From: the human T2T-CHM13v2.0 reference genome, Homo sapiens
DNA: 64,000 bases
Assembly (NCBI RefSeq): GCF_009914755.1
Contig: NC_060927.1
Direction: 5' to 3' (one strand)
The translations under genes were made by a program, and so were the position numbers. Below, in pieces: positions 39,080 to 51,929 of this stretch. The first letter of the stretch is position 1. Each line of letters starts with the position of its first letter. The notes below the pieces were generated by a model. That model was given only the letters and a program-made list of their open reading frames with translations, was not told the origin of the DNA and made no database searches.

Positions 39080-39580
39080 TATATTAAATTTGCCTTAAGT
39101 CTTGCCTCACATCCTCTCAACCTCATATTTGATTCCAAGTCTAGCTTGATTAAAAGAAAAAAAGCTATGTGGGTTTTAACTTACTCCTCCACAGTTTTCT
39201 CTCTGACCTGAGGCTTCTTCAATGCTAAAGCATGGGGATCCAGTTGGAACTCACTAGCAGGAAGGATGTACAGTCCAGGAAGAAAGAGTGTGTGTTGGGG
39301 GAGGGGGCAGGGACAGGACTAAAGCTCCCTGGGTAATACCCAATGAAGAAAGATTGGAACCAGGAAGAAAATGATTGCATCTGTCAATCCTTTGGTGGGA
39401 AATTTTGAGAATTGTTTGGTTGTCTCTCTTCTTGTAGAATATTCTGATGGGATCGAGCTCTATTATGGCAGTGACCATCTGGAAAATAAGCTCTTAAAGT
39501 GACTATTTATTTTTCCCAGTTTTATTTTCCCTAGTTCCTCATTCTTGATCCCTGTAATCATCACCTTGAAACCTGCTTTA
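39080..39580 (+). mobile_element. LTR16-like ERVL 3' LTR, diverged
   Basis: Shares blocks with 34764-35331, e.g. gcttcttcaatgctaaagcatggggatcc versus acttctccaatgccaaatcatggagctcc. Confidence 0.5.
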
Positions 39581-39589
39581 CCTGGAGGA

Positions 39590-39790
39590 CGAAAGTAGAC
39601 TAGGATAAATCCCACCACTGCAACTTTCTCACTTTTGATGATGAAAAAGTTATGTAACTTCTCCTTATCTCACTTGTCTTCCCTATACAATGGTAATATT
39701 AATGGCATATGGTAATTATGAGGATTAAGTGACAAAATATTGGCATAGAATACAAAATAAATTATAGCCATTTTTTACTTCTATTGTTAC
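39590..39790 (+). mobile_element. MIR fragment
   Basis: aagttatgtaacttctcc...tatacaatggtaatattaat...tatgaggattaagtga. Confidence 0.55.
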
Positions 39791-41182
39791 TATTATTAAT
39801 GTTATGCCTTCCTTGGAACACAAAATCAGGGTCTTATAGCTCATTTAGGGAAAATACTGTAGTACTGAAATAAGAATAGTCTGATTTAAAGATAGGATCA
39901 GGACATACCCACTGTTTGTTTTTTCTTTAATATATAAGGCCTCAAGAAATTCTAAGATCATTAATGGAGTCCCACTGTCTACATACACTTTAATTTAAGA
40001 GATCTACATGAAGTTGATATTTCCAACAGCTTTAACTCTTAAAAGCACATATAATGAGTATGATAAACCTTACACTCTATTCTCTACGCAGTTTGTTCAA
40101 AATGAAAATCTCAGTACAGGTTTAGCTTTCAGAAAATGTGAACTCATTATACTTATAAATATGCACGTAAGTGATATATGTGCATGTGTATGATATGTAT
40201 GAATATATGTGTGCACCTTCTACTTCTAGCTGCAATTTGAAAAACTTAAGTAAAATTATAATATTAAAAACGTTTGATTTTACTTCGAAGTGCAAAAGTT
40301 ATAAGAAATTCCAAATCTGAATCTCCTGTTTTCCACTCTCTATAAAATCTTACACAGTCTATTTAACCTCTCTGAATGGCATATTAATTCATTTTTTTTA
40401 AAAAATGGGTATAGTAATAACACTACCTTCATAAAACTATTGTTAGGATCAAAAATATATGTAAAAGTATTTTTCCAATGAAATTATTTTACAAATAAAA
40501 ACATTAAAATAATAATTTTACTTATACATATCTTAAAATGTCTCATATGTCTGGATTTATACACAAATAAACTACATTTATAAATGGAAGAAGAGCCTCC
40601 TTTGTGTTGCTCTCTCAAATCCTCTGATGATTTTGAGCTCGTATCTGATGGTAACACAGAATGGAAAGTGCAGCAATCTCAACTATGTGCAAGGGCCAGT
40701 CTTCCATTCAGCCAGAAGTGTGAAAATCAGACAGGAAATTGAGAGCTAGCTCCTTTTCCGTATTTAATGTAGACTAATTGTCCTGAATCTTTTTATCTTC
40801 CTGCACAGTGTGAAAGAACTATGGTTCCTAGAGGACATTACAAAGTGCTCTTCTCCACCACCTTGATACTTCTGTGGACTTGGAGGCTTGCCAAACTCAA
40901 GTTATTTTGATCACTAGGCAGTCATACATCAACAATATTGTAAAAAGTGAGAGATTCTTTTAAACAGGAAAGATGATCAGAGGCAGCTTTAAGTAAACTT
41001 CAGCATCGCAGCTGGGCTGTATAGACTTTCAGAAAATAAGAATGAGAGGAGGGTATTCCAGACAATAAGGATGAGTAGACACAGATGCAGGAAGTAATGC
41101 TCAAAGAGTATGAATTAAGAATGGGCACATAAGAATTTGAGGCCAAGAGAGAAGGACAAACAGCCAAAGTAAGTTGAGAAGA

Positions 41183-42655
41183 CAGAAAAAGCAATCCTAA
41201 AATTCATATGGAATCTCAGAGGACCACGATAGTCAAAATAATTCTGAGCAAAAAGAACAAAACTAGAGAACTCACACTTCCTGATTTGAAAACATATTAC
41301 AAAGCTACAGTAATCAAAACAGCGTAGTACTGGCATAAAGACAGACATATAAACCAATGGAAGAGAACAGAGAGCCAAGAAGTACACCCTCACATATAGT
41401 AAATGTTTGAGCAGCGTTTCAAGACTATGCAATGGGAAAAGGGGAATCTTTTCAACTATTAGGGTTAAGAAATTGGATTTCCACATGCAAAAGAAAGAAG
41501 TTAAACCTTTATCTTAGCCCATATACAAAAATCAACTCAAAATGGATGAATTGAAGACCTAAATCTAATACCTGAAACTATTAAAATCTTAGAAGAAAAC
41601 ATAAATGAAAGCATTATGATATTGGTCTTCACAATGAATTCACGGGTATCATACCCAGGACAATAGCAAAAATAGCCACATGGGACTACATCAAAGATAA
41701 GAACTTCTGAATGACAAAGGAAATACTCAACAGAGTGAAAAGGCAACTTACCAAATGGGACAAAATATTTGCAAATCATATATCTGATAAGGGGTTAATG
41801 GCCAGTCTAGATAAAGAACTCCCACAACTCAACAACAAAAAACAAGCAACTCAATTAAAAAATGGACAAAGGATTTCAATAGACATATATCCAAAGAACT
41901 TGCACAAGTGACCAAAAAAAATATAAGATACTCAACATAACTAATCCTTAGGGAAATGCAAATCAAAGGCACAATGAGATATTGTCTCCTACATGTTAGG
42001 ATGGCCACTATAAAAAACACATAGAAAATAATAATTGTTGGTGAGAATGTGAAGAAATTGGAATCCTGTGCACTGTTGGTGGGAATTTAAAATGGTATGG
42101 CTGCTATTAAAAATTAAAACTAACTCCTGATTCAGTAATCAAATTGGGCATATATCCAAAATAATTCAAAGTAGGGCCTTGAAGAGATATTTATATACCA
42201 TGTTCATAGCAGCACTATTCACAGTAGCTAAGAAGTGAAAGTAACCCAAATGTCCATCTACAGATGAATGAATAAATAACATGTGTTACATACCTACAAT
42301 GGAATAGTATTTAGTCCTTAAAAAGTAGGAAATCTGTCACATGCTGCAACATAGATAAACCTCGAGGATATTATGCTAAGTCAAATAAGCCAGTCACAGG
42401 AAGAAAAATACTGCATAATTCTGCTTACATGAAGTATATAAAACTGTCAAATTCATAACAACAGAAAGCAGAATAGTGGTTGCCAGGGGCTGGAAGAAGG
42501 GGAGCTAAGGAGTTGCTGTTCAGGGGGTATAGAGTTTCAGTCATGCAGGATATGAGCTGTTCTGGGGATCTGTTACACAACAATGTGCATGTGGTTGACA
42601 ACATTGTACTGTACAACTGGAAATTGTTAAAAGAATAAATTTTATGTTATGGTTG
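41183..42655 (+). mobile_element. L1MB-like 3' region
   Basis: atcctaaaattcatatggaa (ILKFIW). ORF 41711..41911 reads RVKRQLTKWDKIFANHISDKGL. L1MB-type 3' UTR (ggttgccaggggctgg...gggtatagagtttcag). Confidence 0.9.
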
Positions 42656-43204
42656 TTTTTGTAGCATCAGGTAATAAAGGTCAAATATAAGGAGAATTTG
42701 TATGCAATACAGAGCCAATTGGGGTTTAAATTGGGTTAAGATGGCATAATTATAATTGAATTCTAGGTAATAAAGGTCTGAATAAAGCAGTGTCATTGAA
42801 ATGGAAAAGGAGGGAAAACTTACTTTTTGTGAGGATGAGAAAGATAATTTGTAATGACTAAGGAATTAAGCCTTGGTAGCTAGAGAGGTGGATCATATAA
42901 CACATATATAGTTAAGTGTATGAAATGCATTAATCTTAAGTGAATTTTCACTTTCATATACATATGTGAAGCCATAATCCAGACCAATAGAGAATATTCC
43001 CAGCACACCATAAAGTTTCTTCATGCCTGTCTCCACTTAACAATTATCCCAATGGGTGAATTTTGATTTAGTTTCATTTTATAGCTTTCTTTTATTAAAC
43101 AAATATTTACTGAGTAAATAGTAGGAAAACACGGGATTAGACACAGAGAGAATAGATACAGTTGCTTTCTTGTCCCCAAGAATTTTTAAAATTCATGCTG
43201 TATT

Positions 43205-45216
43205 ATAATGGCTCTTCCTTTATTACATGTAAAGGTAACCTGGGAGTATTGTTTAAAATGCAGATTTGGTGGATCTTTCCCCAAAATCCCAATTCAGCAC
43301 TTTGAGGTGGGGCCCTGGAATATTCATTTTTTTAAAATTTGTATAAATGTAAGGGGTACAAGAGCAATTTTGTTACATGGACATATTGCATAGTGATGAA
43401 GTCTTGGCTTTTAGGGTATCCATTACCCACATTGTACCCACTAAGTAATTTCTCATTAACCACACCCTCCTGTCCTCTCCAACCTTCTGAGTTTTCAGTG
43501 TCTATCATTCCATACTCTATGTCCATGTGTACACATTATTTAGCTCCCATTCATAAATGAGAACATGCAATATTTAACTTTCTGTTTCTGAGTTGTTTCA
43601 CTTAAGATAATGGCCTCCATTTCCATTCATGTTGCTGTAAAAGATATGATTTCATTCTTTTTAGTGACTGAATAGTATTTGATTGTGTATATTCATATTT
43701 TCTTTAATCATCCATTGATGGACACTTAGGTTGATTCCATATCTTTGCCGTTGTGAATAGTGCTGCAGTAAACATGGGAGTATGGGTATCTTTTTGATAT
43801 AATTATCTTCCTTTGGGATATGTAGTAGTGGGATTGCTGGATTGAATGGTAGTTCTATTTTTAGTTATATGATCAATCTCCATACTAGTTTTCCTGGAGG
43901 TTGTATTAATTTAAGTTTCTGCCAACAGTGTATAAGCATTCCCTTTTCTCCATATCCTCACTAATGTCTGCTATTTTTTACCCTTTAATAGTAGCCATTA
44001 TGACTGGTGTAAGATAATCTCATCATGGTTTTAATTTGCATTTGTCTGATGGTTGGCGATACAGAATTAAGGACAAAACCATATGTTCATTTCAATAGAT
44101 GCAGAAAAAACATTTGATAAATACAGCACCCCTTCAAGATAACAACCCAAACAACCTAGGCATAGAAGGAAGATACCTCAAAATTATGAAAGCCATATGT
44201 GACAAATTCCACAGTCAACATCATACTCAGTTGGGAAAAGTTGAAAGTATTCCCCCTTAAAAACTGGAAAGAGACAAAGATGCCAACTTTCACCACTCTT
44301 ATTCAATATAATACTGGAAGTTCTAGCAAGAGCAATCAGGCAAGAGAAAGAAATAAAAAGCATCCAAATTGGGAAATAAGAAATTATCTCTGCTCACTGA
44401 TGATATGATTTTACATCTATAAAGCCCTGAAGACCCACCAAAAATCCTAAACAAATCAAACAAAGTTGTAGGCATCCCATTCCTGACCTCAAATTATACT
44501 ATAAGGCTATAGTAACCAAAATATTGTGGTACTAGTATAAAAGTAGATCAATAGAAAAAATAGAAAACCCAGAAATAAAGTCACATATCTACAACCAACT
44601 GATCTTTGACAAAATCAGCAAAAACATACACTGGCAAAAGTACATCTTTTTCAGTAAATTGTGCTGGAAAAATTAGATTGCTCTATTGAGAAGAATGAAG
44701 CTGAACCTTTATTTTTCACCATTAAAATAATCAACTCAAAATGGATTAAATGCTTCAATTTAAGACTTGAAACTATAAAAATATTAGAAGAAAACCTAAG
44801 GGAAACTATTCTGGACATTGGTCTAAGCAAATAATTCATGACTAAGACCTCAAAAGCATGCACAACAAAAATAAAAATAGACAAATGGGACTTAGTCTTC
44901 TGTACAGCAAAAGAAATAATCGACAAAGTAAACAGACAACCTGAAAAATGAGAGAAAATAATTACAAACTATGCATCCAACAGGGGAATAATATTCAGAA
45001 TTTAAAAAGAACTCAAACAAGACAAGACAAAACAAAACCCAGAAATAACCACAATAAAAAGTGTGCAAATGACATGATTGATTACTTTTCAAAAGAAGAC
45101 ATGCAAATGGCTGACCAAGCATATAAAAAATTCTCAACATCACAAATATTCATTTTTAAGAAATGTTCTGGTTTGCTTGGAGGCTGATGGTCTCAGAACC
45201 ATACTTGAGAATCATA
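43205..45216. mobile_element. MER5-type hAT MITE split by an L1 (halves at about 43205-43331 and 45145-45216)
   Basis: The left half (acctgggagtattgtttaaaatgcagattt...gaggtggggccctggaatattcattttt) joins the right half (aatattcatttttaagaaatgttc...agaaccatacttgagaatcatag). Confidence 0.7.
43332..45144 (-). mobile_element. L1PB/L1MA-like insertion with 5' inversion (43332-44060 on minus; 44061-45144 on plus)
   Basis: Antisense 3' UTR and ORF2 end, followed by a sense ORF2 RT-region segment (tcaatagatgcagaaaaa, SIDAEK). TSD aatattcattttt at 43319-31 and 45145-57. Confidence 0.92.
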
Positions 45217-45229
45217 GTCCCATTGAGTG

Positions 45230-45560
45230 CAACAATAAGGCCTTGTAGTCCATGGTAGGAATTCTGGACATAATCCTGTGGGTTTGCGGAATCACCAGAG
45301 AATTAGCAAAGGAATGACAAAGTCAGATTCTGGTAGCAGAATGGGAAAAGGATGTATTGGCAGGAGGAAAATTGGCTGCAAAGAGGTAAACTGCTTGATA
45401 GCTATTGTAATGGTTCATGTGAGGCAAGAAAAAAATCCGTAGAGAATACAGATTCAAAAGGCATTCAGATGGTACATTCAAAAGGCCTTGTAATGATTTA
45501 GATGTGCATATGGGTGTGGGAGAGGGAATGAATAGGTAAGATAGGAAAGGTAACTAGTTA
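45230..45560 (-). mobile_element. L2 fragment
   Basis: gggccttgtagtccatggtaggaattctggac...gctattgtaatggttcatgtgag. Confidence 0.5.
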
Positions 45561-45843
45561 TCTTTAATAATATCAAGATTCACCCAGATCTTGAAACTAT
45601 CCTGACCTCATGACTACTACCCATGTTTAAGTGCTGAACAGATAATACCTGCCTATTTGTCCTGTGTCACAGAAGGTATATTTTCAGTGCCAAAAGTTGA
45701 CTGATGTTTATTGTAATACATAGAGCATTATCCAAAAAATAGACTCTTGAGCCTCTATTTAAGGGCACTGTGTCAGACTTTCAAAAATTTGGCTTTGGTG
45801 GCTTTGAGAAATTCAATTCCAAGAATTTCTCAATGAGAAACAT

Positions 45844-46468
45844 CTTATGAGAAACGTCTTAGTAATACGTAATGAGCTACAGTATTGACACCAAACCCCC
45901 ATTTGGCATCTTCACAATAGGTCTGAAAAAAGAGGACTTGGGATTGCAGAGACATGGAATTCCTACCTAGATGTTGATTCTTACTCTCAATAGCTGTCCT
46001 AAGAAGTTAATGGGTTGAACATCAAGGTCTGAGACAACAGCCTCTGCTGCTGGGGAATTAATTGGTGTTTTCTCAACCACGTGCAAGATACTTCATATTG
46101 GAAGGAAACAAAACACAACAAAACACCCCTTGTATTTGAGATTGGGCAGCAAGGCTAGGAGGGGAGTGGAATAAAGACTGATTGTTGCCAAATATTCTTT
46201 CCAGCTTGTTTTGTCACGAAGTTTTTGTGCTAGCAGCTGAGAAGTGACACAGATTGGATGTGACAGGCAGAGGCTGTGTCTCAGCCCTTGATGTTTAACC
46301 CATCAACTTTTTAGGACAGCTACGGAGAGTAAGCATGAACCTCTCAGTAGGAATTCCACCTCTCTTCAATCCCAAGTCCTCTTTTTTAGACTTACTGTGA
46401 AGATGCCAAATGGGGGTTTGGTGGCAATACTATAGCTCAATAAAGATTACTAAGATGTTTTTCATAAG
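45844..46468. repeat. Long inverted repeat: arms 45844-46047 and 46267-46468, 219-bp spacer
   Basis: Manual alignment of the left arm to the reverse complement of the right arm gives about 26 differences (2 single-base gaps) over 204 positions. Confidence 0.95.
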
Positions 46469-46650
46469 CCACCTAATTTGAGTATCACAACAATCCTAGA
46501 AATAGGAAAGTGCAAATATTTATCTTCCTTTGGCAGATGAAGACCCTGGGACTTAGGAAGCTAAAGTGTCCGGCCCAAGGTCATGAATATATACCATGCT
46601 GGGACTGGGACCAAAGCACTGAAAATCAGAACACCTGAGTTATTTCTGCA
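46455..46650 (-). mobile_element. MIR fragment
   Basis: tcacaacaatcctag...ttggcagatgaagaccctgggacttaggaagctaaagtgtccggcccaaggtca. Confidence 0.7.
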
Positions 46651-49600
46651 AAACTGACCAGCCTACCAAGGACCAACAGAAATCTGCTAGCCTATATTCA
46701 CTTCACTTTTCATTCCTCCTGATATAGCAGCATCTTTCCACCGTGGAGGTGCAATACCACAGTTTTTGGCCTGAGGGTATCTCAGAGTGAGAACACAATG
46801 GAGCAGAGGGATGTTCAGCCAAATCCTCTTTTTCACCTCGTGTACAAGGAATATGCATCTCCAAGGTGCAAGGAACAGAACATGGAAGCTGAACAGTGGA
46901 AACCACTTTTTTCTTTGTACCCATATTGGCAGTGGGGTCTAACAACCATAACAACAAAAATAACAGGGGAATCTAGGTGAGTACACGTATTTTTTTTCTT
47001 TAGAAATTTTTTGCATCTGATTCCTAGTTGCTCTTAGTACTCAAAGTGAATTGGATAGCAGAGATGACTATATCAATTCTTAAAAAATGTTTCCTGTTTC
47101 AGATATATAGCTGCCATAGCTGTCAGCATTTGGCCTTCCCATCTGTCGCTTGTCACAGAAACTCAACACTCTTCCATGTAAACCTTGCTTAACTGAAATT
47201 CACTTAAAACAATTCCAAATATAAAGAATTATTTAGTTTAGCAGCAAACTCAACCACTGGGCCAGGAAAATTCAAAATTAAAAAAAAAATGGAGAACTGA
47301 TATTGTTATGCCTGCCATCTTGAGGCAGCTTAGTTCCCTTACTATACAAGTTTGGGTAAACTCCAGAAATGAGCAAATGTTTAAGAAAAAAAATAATCGC
47401 TGAAACAGCATGCTGATATTCTAACATCTAAAAATTCAACAAACTATTCGGCATAGATGGTCCCGTCATGAACCACACTAGTCCCAGTTTCCCAGTTATG
47501 AACCTGGAGGAAAAGGAGCAGACTCAGAGGCTGTGCCTCCTTGTGGTGGATGGGTACCACTGGATAAGCACAATTGCAAATTCTTGGGGTCATCTTGTCT
47601 GGCAAATTGGAACTTAGATCTGGAAGGGTGGGAATAGACCTCAGGGATACCAAGTAGGCAGACGGTGCTGTTGGAAGGGGTAAAGGGATCCAGGGGAGAC
47701 ACAGATGCGTGAACAAGCAGCTTTTACATGAAGCCCCCTGACAGACAAGCAGAACACAGTGACAGGGATTCCAGGAACAGGCCACATTGCCCAACCAGGA
47801 GATGGAATTTCTCCAACTCTTGCTTTCCTTTTTTCTCTTCTTCTTCTTTTACATTTTAAAATAGTTTTCTCTGTTTCTACTTCCTTCTTACCCTAGTTAT
47901 TTGCTGGATACTTGCATGTATTCAGTTTTCTTTTCACAAAGGGACTATGTTGCTACCCTATTCCACTTGTCCTTTTGGGCATGCCCTTACCTCTCTGAGA
48001 AGCACTGAGCACCTGGAGAATAACTTAGCAATAGGACTTCCTGAACTGTGTTGAACACAAACCGACTCACCAGGAAACAGGAGAATAAGCTTATCCAGAG
48101 TTTCCTCTGCAATGCAATGCTGACTCTATAATAAAACAGGTGAGGCAACTGTGTATCAGCAACTTGGGAATGAGTCTCCATGATTATTCATCTTGATCAT
48201 GCATCCAGATAAAGCAGAAGAACCAGAGCTCTGCAGCTTTAAGGAAGATCTCAAACTTGGATTTAGATATTTAAACAAAACTGCTTCTTTCACTAGAACC
48301 GTCTCTTCCCCACTCACCCCCACCAAAAATTATATCAACTTTCCTGCCCAGAGTCACTCTTGGGGCTGTCTTATTCTGGAATCATGCTATCAGGTACCTC
48401 TGATTCCTTTTTATTAGCTTCACATTATAAGATGGAAATACACTTGGCATCCAAGGCTACTATGTTTGGTGCCTACACAGTCCTTTCTTCTTGATAATTG
48501 TAATGCAGTTTGTCTTACTTTCAAGGGTGTTTAGTCAGTAAAATGCTTCTGTAATCAAAACTATAATAGAGCTAGCAGATTTTTTCCATTACACTTCATT
48601 GATGCCAGCCGGTGTTAAATTGTCTGTTTTCCATGGTCTTTGTATTTTGGTTCTGCTTTTTAACAATGTGTTTTATTTGTCTTATATTAACCTGTATCTA
48701 AAGTACTATTAGGGTTACTTTTATATTTTGGTACATCCCACAAACAAACCCTTTCCACCTACATAGCTAAGACTACTGGAGGATTACTTACGAAAACAGG
48801 CAGAATATAATAGGACATTAAACATAGATTCCATGTGATGACAACACTATAGCTATTTCTGATAGAATAGAGGGTTTGGCAACATTTTTTGCAGAATGAA
48901 TTTTTAATCAATTGAAGCTGATTCCCAGTTTCCCCTTCTTTTTAAACATACTAGACTACCATCTCTCTTTGTCCTATGACATTTCAATAATCAACTATTA
49001 ATTCAAGCTAATCCTTCTCTATTTTTTCTTCTCCAGTCTAAATACTTAGTCCTATATTTACCACTAAGTGTGCAAATAAACATTGAGAATCAGTCTCAAG
49101 AGTTCTCCAAACATGCTGCTTCCAATTCAGACTATTCAGAGCCAAAAACAGCCTCAGCCCTAGCAACCAGAACTGTTCTCCGTTCAAAATGTTATTTACT
49201 TGAAAATATTCTATGTATTTCCAGTCCTCTTATCTCATAGTCATTGCACTTCTTCCCCAAATTTGTCTTTCCATATCCTCAATTTGAGGCTACTTGTCCA
49301 CATGCCCATTCAGTCTTTGCCCACTCCTACAACTTATTTGCACCCCCATGCATTCTGCCCCCTCATCTCTATCTAATTTTCTCTTCATCTCTTTCCAACA
49401 TGGCATTATCCACTCTGTTTGGAACTAGGTCTTTGGCAATTATAGAAGGTATGTTATTAACTCTGCCAGCTGCTTCATCACCTGCACTCACTGCAAGCCA
49501 ATTTTAAAAATCTTTGTTCTTGGATACTTTGCTTATTCTAATTACAGAGCTTATCATAGAGCTGCAGCAAAATTCTGCTTTGACAATGATCTTTCCTCCT

Positions 49601-50160
49601 TACTTCCATAATACAAAGAGCAAAATGTGTTTTAGACACCAATCTCCAGGCTTCACATGAGTAATTTTTTTAGCCTATGTTAATTTGTGGCATAACTTAG
49701 TACACTCAAGACTTTTCTTCTGGACCATCCTAAAAATATGTAAAAAACTGTTTGAGATCTCTGGACATTGAAGAAAGTAGAATGACATATAATACTTGCT
49801 ATTTTTAAGTAGGGAAATCAGAGAAACAAGTTTTGCTAGCTACTTCTCCCCCGCCCCAAACTTTTTTTTTTTGTTTTATTTAAGAGACATATTTTCTCTC
49901 ATATCTTTTCAACCACATATAATTGGACAGGAAACTGAAGGAGGTAACAACAACAGTTGCTGTTGAGGAGGAGCTAATTTACAGTGTGACACAGGAGGCA
50001 ACCGAGGAGGGGGCACTACTGAGAAACAGACTAGTCTCTTCCAGGCATTGCTGAACCCAGAAGTTGGTTTACTTACTGGCTTCTTTCTAAAATCAAAAAG
50101 ATTTCTATATCTCCCGTCATACTAATACTACTGATTAGTATACTAACTATGTTTAATATA

Positions 50161-50498
50161 TGGTCAGCCTAACATATTTGCGGGTTGCACATTCGTGGAT
50201 TCAACCAACTGCAGATGGAAAATATTTCGAAAAATATGTATCTGTATTAAACATATACAGACTATTTTCTTGTCATTATTCCCTAAAAATACAGTATAAC
50301 AAGTATTTATGTAGCATTTACATTATATTTCATATTGTGAGTAATCTAGAGATAATTTAAATTATAGGGGAGAATATGTATAGGTTATATACAAATACTA
50401 TATCATTTTTGATCTGGGACTTCAGTATCTTCAGATTTTTATCTCCAGATAAAAGGAAGCCCTGAAATAAATCCCCTGAAGATACTGAGGAATGACTA
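50161..50498 (-). mobile_element. MER2 (TcMar-Tigger) MITE, near full length
   Basis: gtggattcaaccaac..cagatggaaaatatt...ttcttgtcattattccctaaa...aatctagagataattta...cccctgaagatactgaggaatgact. TA on the left flank. Confidence 0.9.
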
Positions 50499-50519
50499 CT
50501 AATTCTTTCTATTCATTTC

Positions 50520-50740
50520 TCCATGTATACATACAATCATTGCTTCATACATTCATTTACTCATTTAACAAATATTTACTGGAGTCCCTACGCATGAAGT
50601 TATGCTAAATGTTAAAACCATACAAAAAGACCAAGCCATTGCTCACAATAAGCCTTAAGTTATTAGGAGAACCAGATAAGTAAAGACACACTAAAATATG
50701 AGATAAGTACTATAAGCACAATAAATGGAGCTGGGAGTAG
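50520..50740 (-). mobile_element. L2 3' end fragment
   Basis: cattcatttactcatttaacaaatatttactggag. Confidence 0.65.
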
Positions 50741-51684
50741 GTGACTTTTCAAAAGTCTTAAAAGAGGCAGAATTGCTAAATATATGACAAGGCCTTCACC
50801 TGCATACATTTTTACTGGGGTTTCTACACGAAAAGTGACTTACCATTGCACAAATCTGTATAGTAACTAAGTTTTTTAAAAGGTATAAGTGATACTTGGA
50901 AGTATTGTCACTGTGAATTATTGCATGACATTATACGCCATGAATACATGTCAAGCACAGTTACTAAAATAGCCATTGTGAGGCAATCACTGTAATTACC
51001 TTTCCATGGCCAGACATATTTACAATATTCAAAGAAAAATCAAGTTGGTCTAACAAGATTGCAAAACTGAAAAAAATAGAAGAAAATATTCTCTCTTAAT
51101 TGAGCATTGATAAAGGAGAAAGGGAGTTGAATAGCAATTTGGTCACAAAGATAAGGGCTTTTTTTGTCTTTATTTTATTTGTTTCTTTCCTGGAGGAAGG
51201 TCATATGTTTAGAAAAAACTAAGAAAACTGATGAAAGAGACAGAGGATTACCTTTATTTCATCTGAAAGAGAAAAGATCAAATCTGGAGACATTATTTCA
51301 GTCGTTCCCTGAGAATAACCTTCTCTTTCTGGAGAGGGATTGCCTATCTAGTGAAACTGAACTGAAAGACATAAAGAAGCCATGCCATCAGTAATTTTTA
51401 ATTAACGTTGACAGCAAGAAAAAGTGCAGTAAGGGCTTTAAAGGCAGGTGTCTTGCCAAAAGCTAAGGGTCAACTGAGATGCTAGGACTTTCCAGTGCCT
51501 GAAAACACTATGTAAAGACAATAGAGAATATCATGACTAGACAAAAAGCTAAGCTTAATAAGTGAGAATTAAACAATTGTTGGCATGTATTCTTATTTAT
51601 ATTTTTTATATTTCTGTCAATTTTGCTCAATACTGAATCTTGCTTTAAACATATGTACAATTTAATTATTGTGTAATTAATTAA

Positions 51685-51912
51685 TGGAGCCCTTCGGCTT
51701 CTACTCCAGGTAAGCAAGCTCAGATGCTATTAATATAACTCTCTGGACGTCCTTGTCTCTCCAGATTTCAGGATGTCAGTTTGCCTTATGACCTCATTTC
51801 TTTGATGGGGCCAAGAAAAGTCATTGATTTTCAATTTGTCTAGCTTTTTTTCTTATTGTAGGACAGGAGTGATGGAGTTCCAAGCTCTTTTCATGTTGAA
51901 CCAGAAACCTAA
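51685..51912 (-). mobile_element. Old L1M 5'-end fragment
   Basis: ccaagaaaagtcattgattttca...ttcttattgtaggacaggagtgatg..ttccaagctcttttcatgttg. Confidence 0.6.
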
Positions 51913-51929
51913 TTTCTGTCAAAGGTTTT

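Noticed and set aside
45844-46468. Reading the long inverted repeat as a MITE or a pre-miRNA
   Set aside because: No TSD or recognisable TIR family, and the 219-nt loop is far too large for a canonical pre-miRNA. Kept as an unexplained inverted duplication.
47444-47794. GC-richer stretch with 116-aa and 68-aa minus-strand ORFs
   Set aside because: No recognisable protein family, and no poly(A) or TSD to suggest a processed pseudogene.
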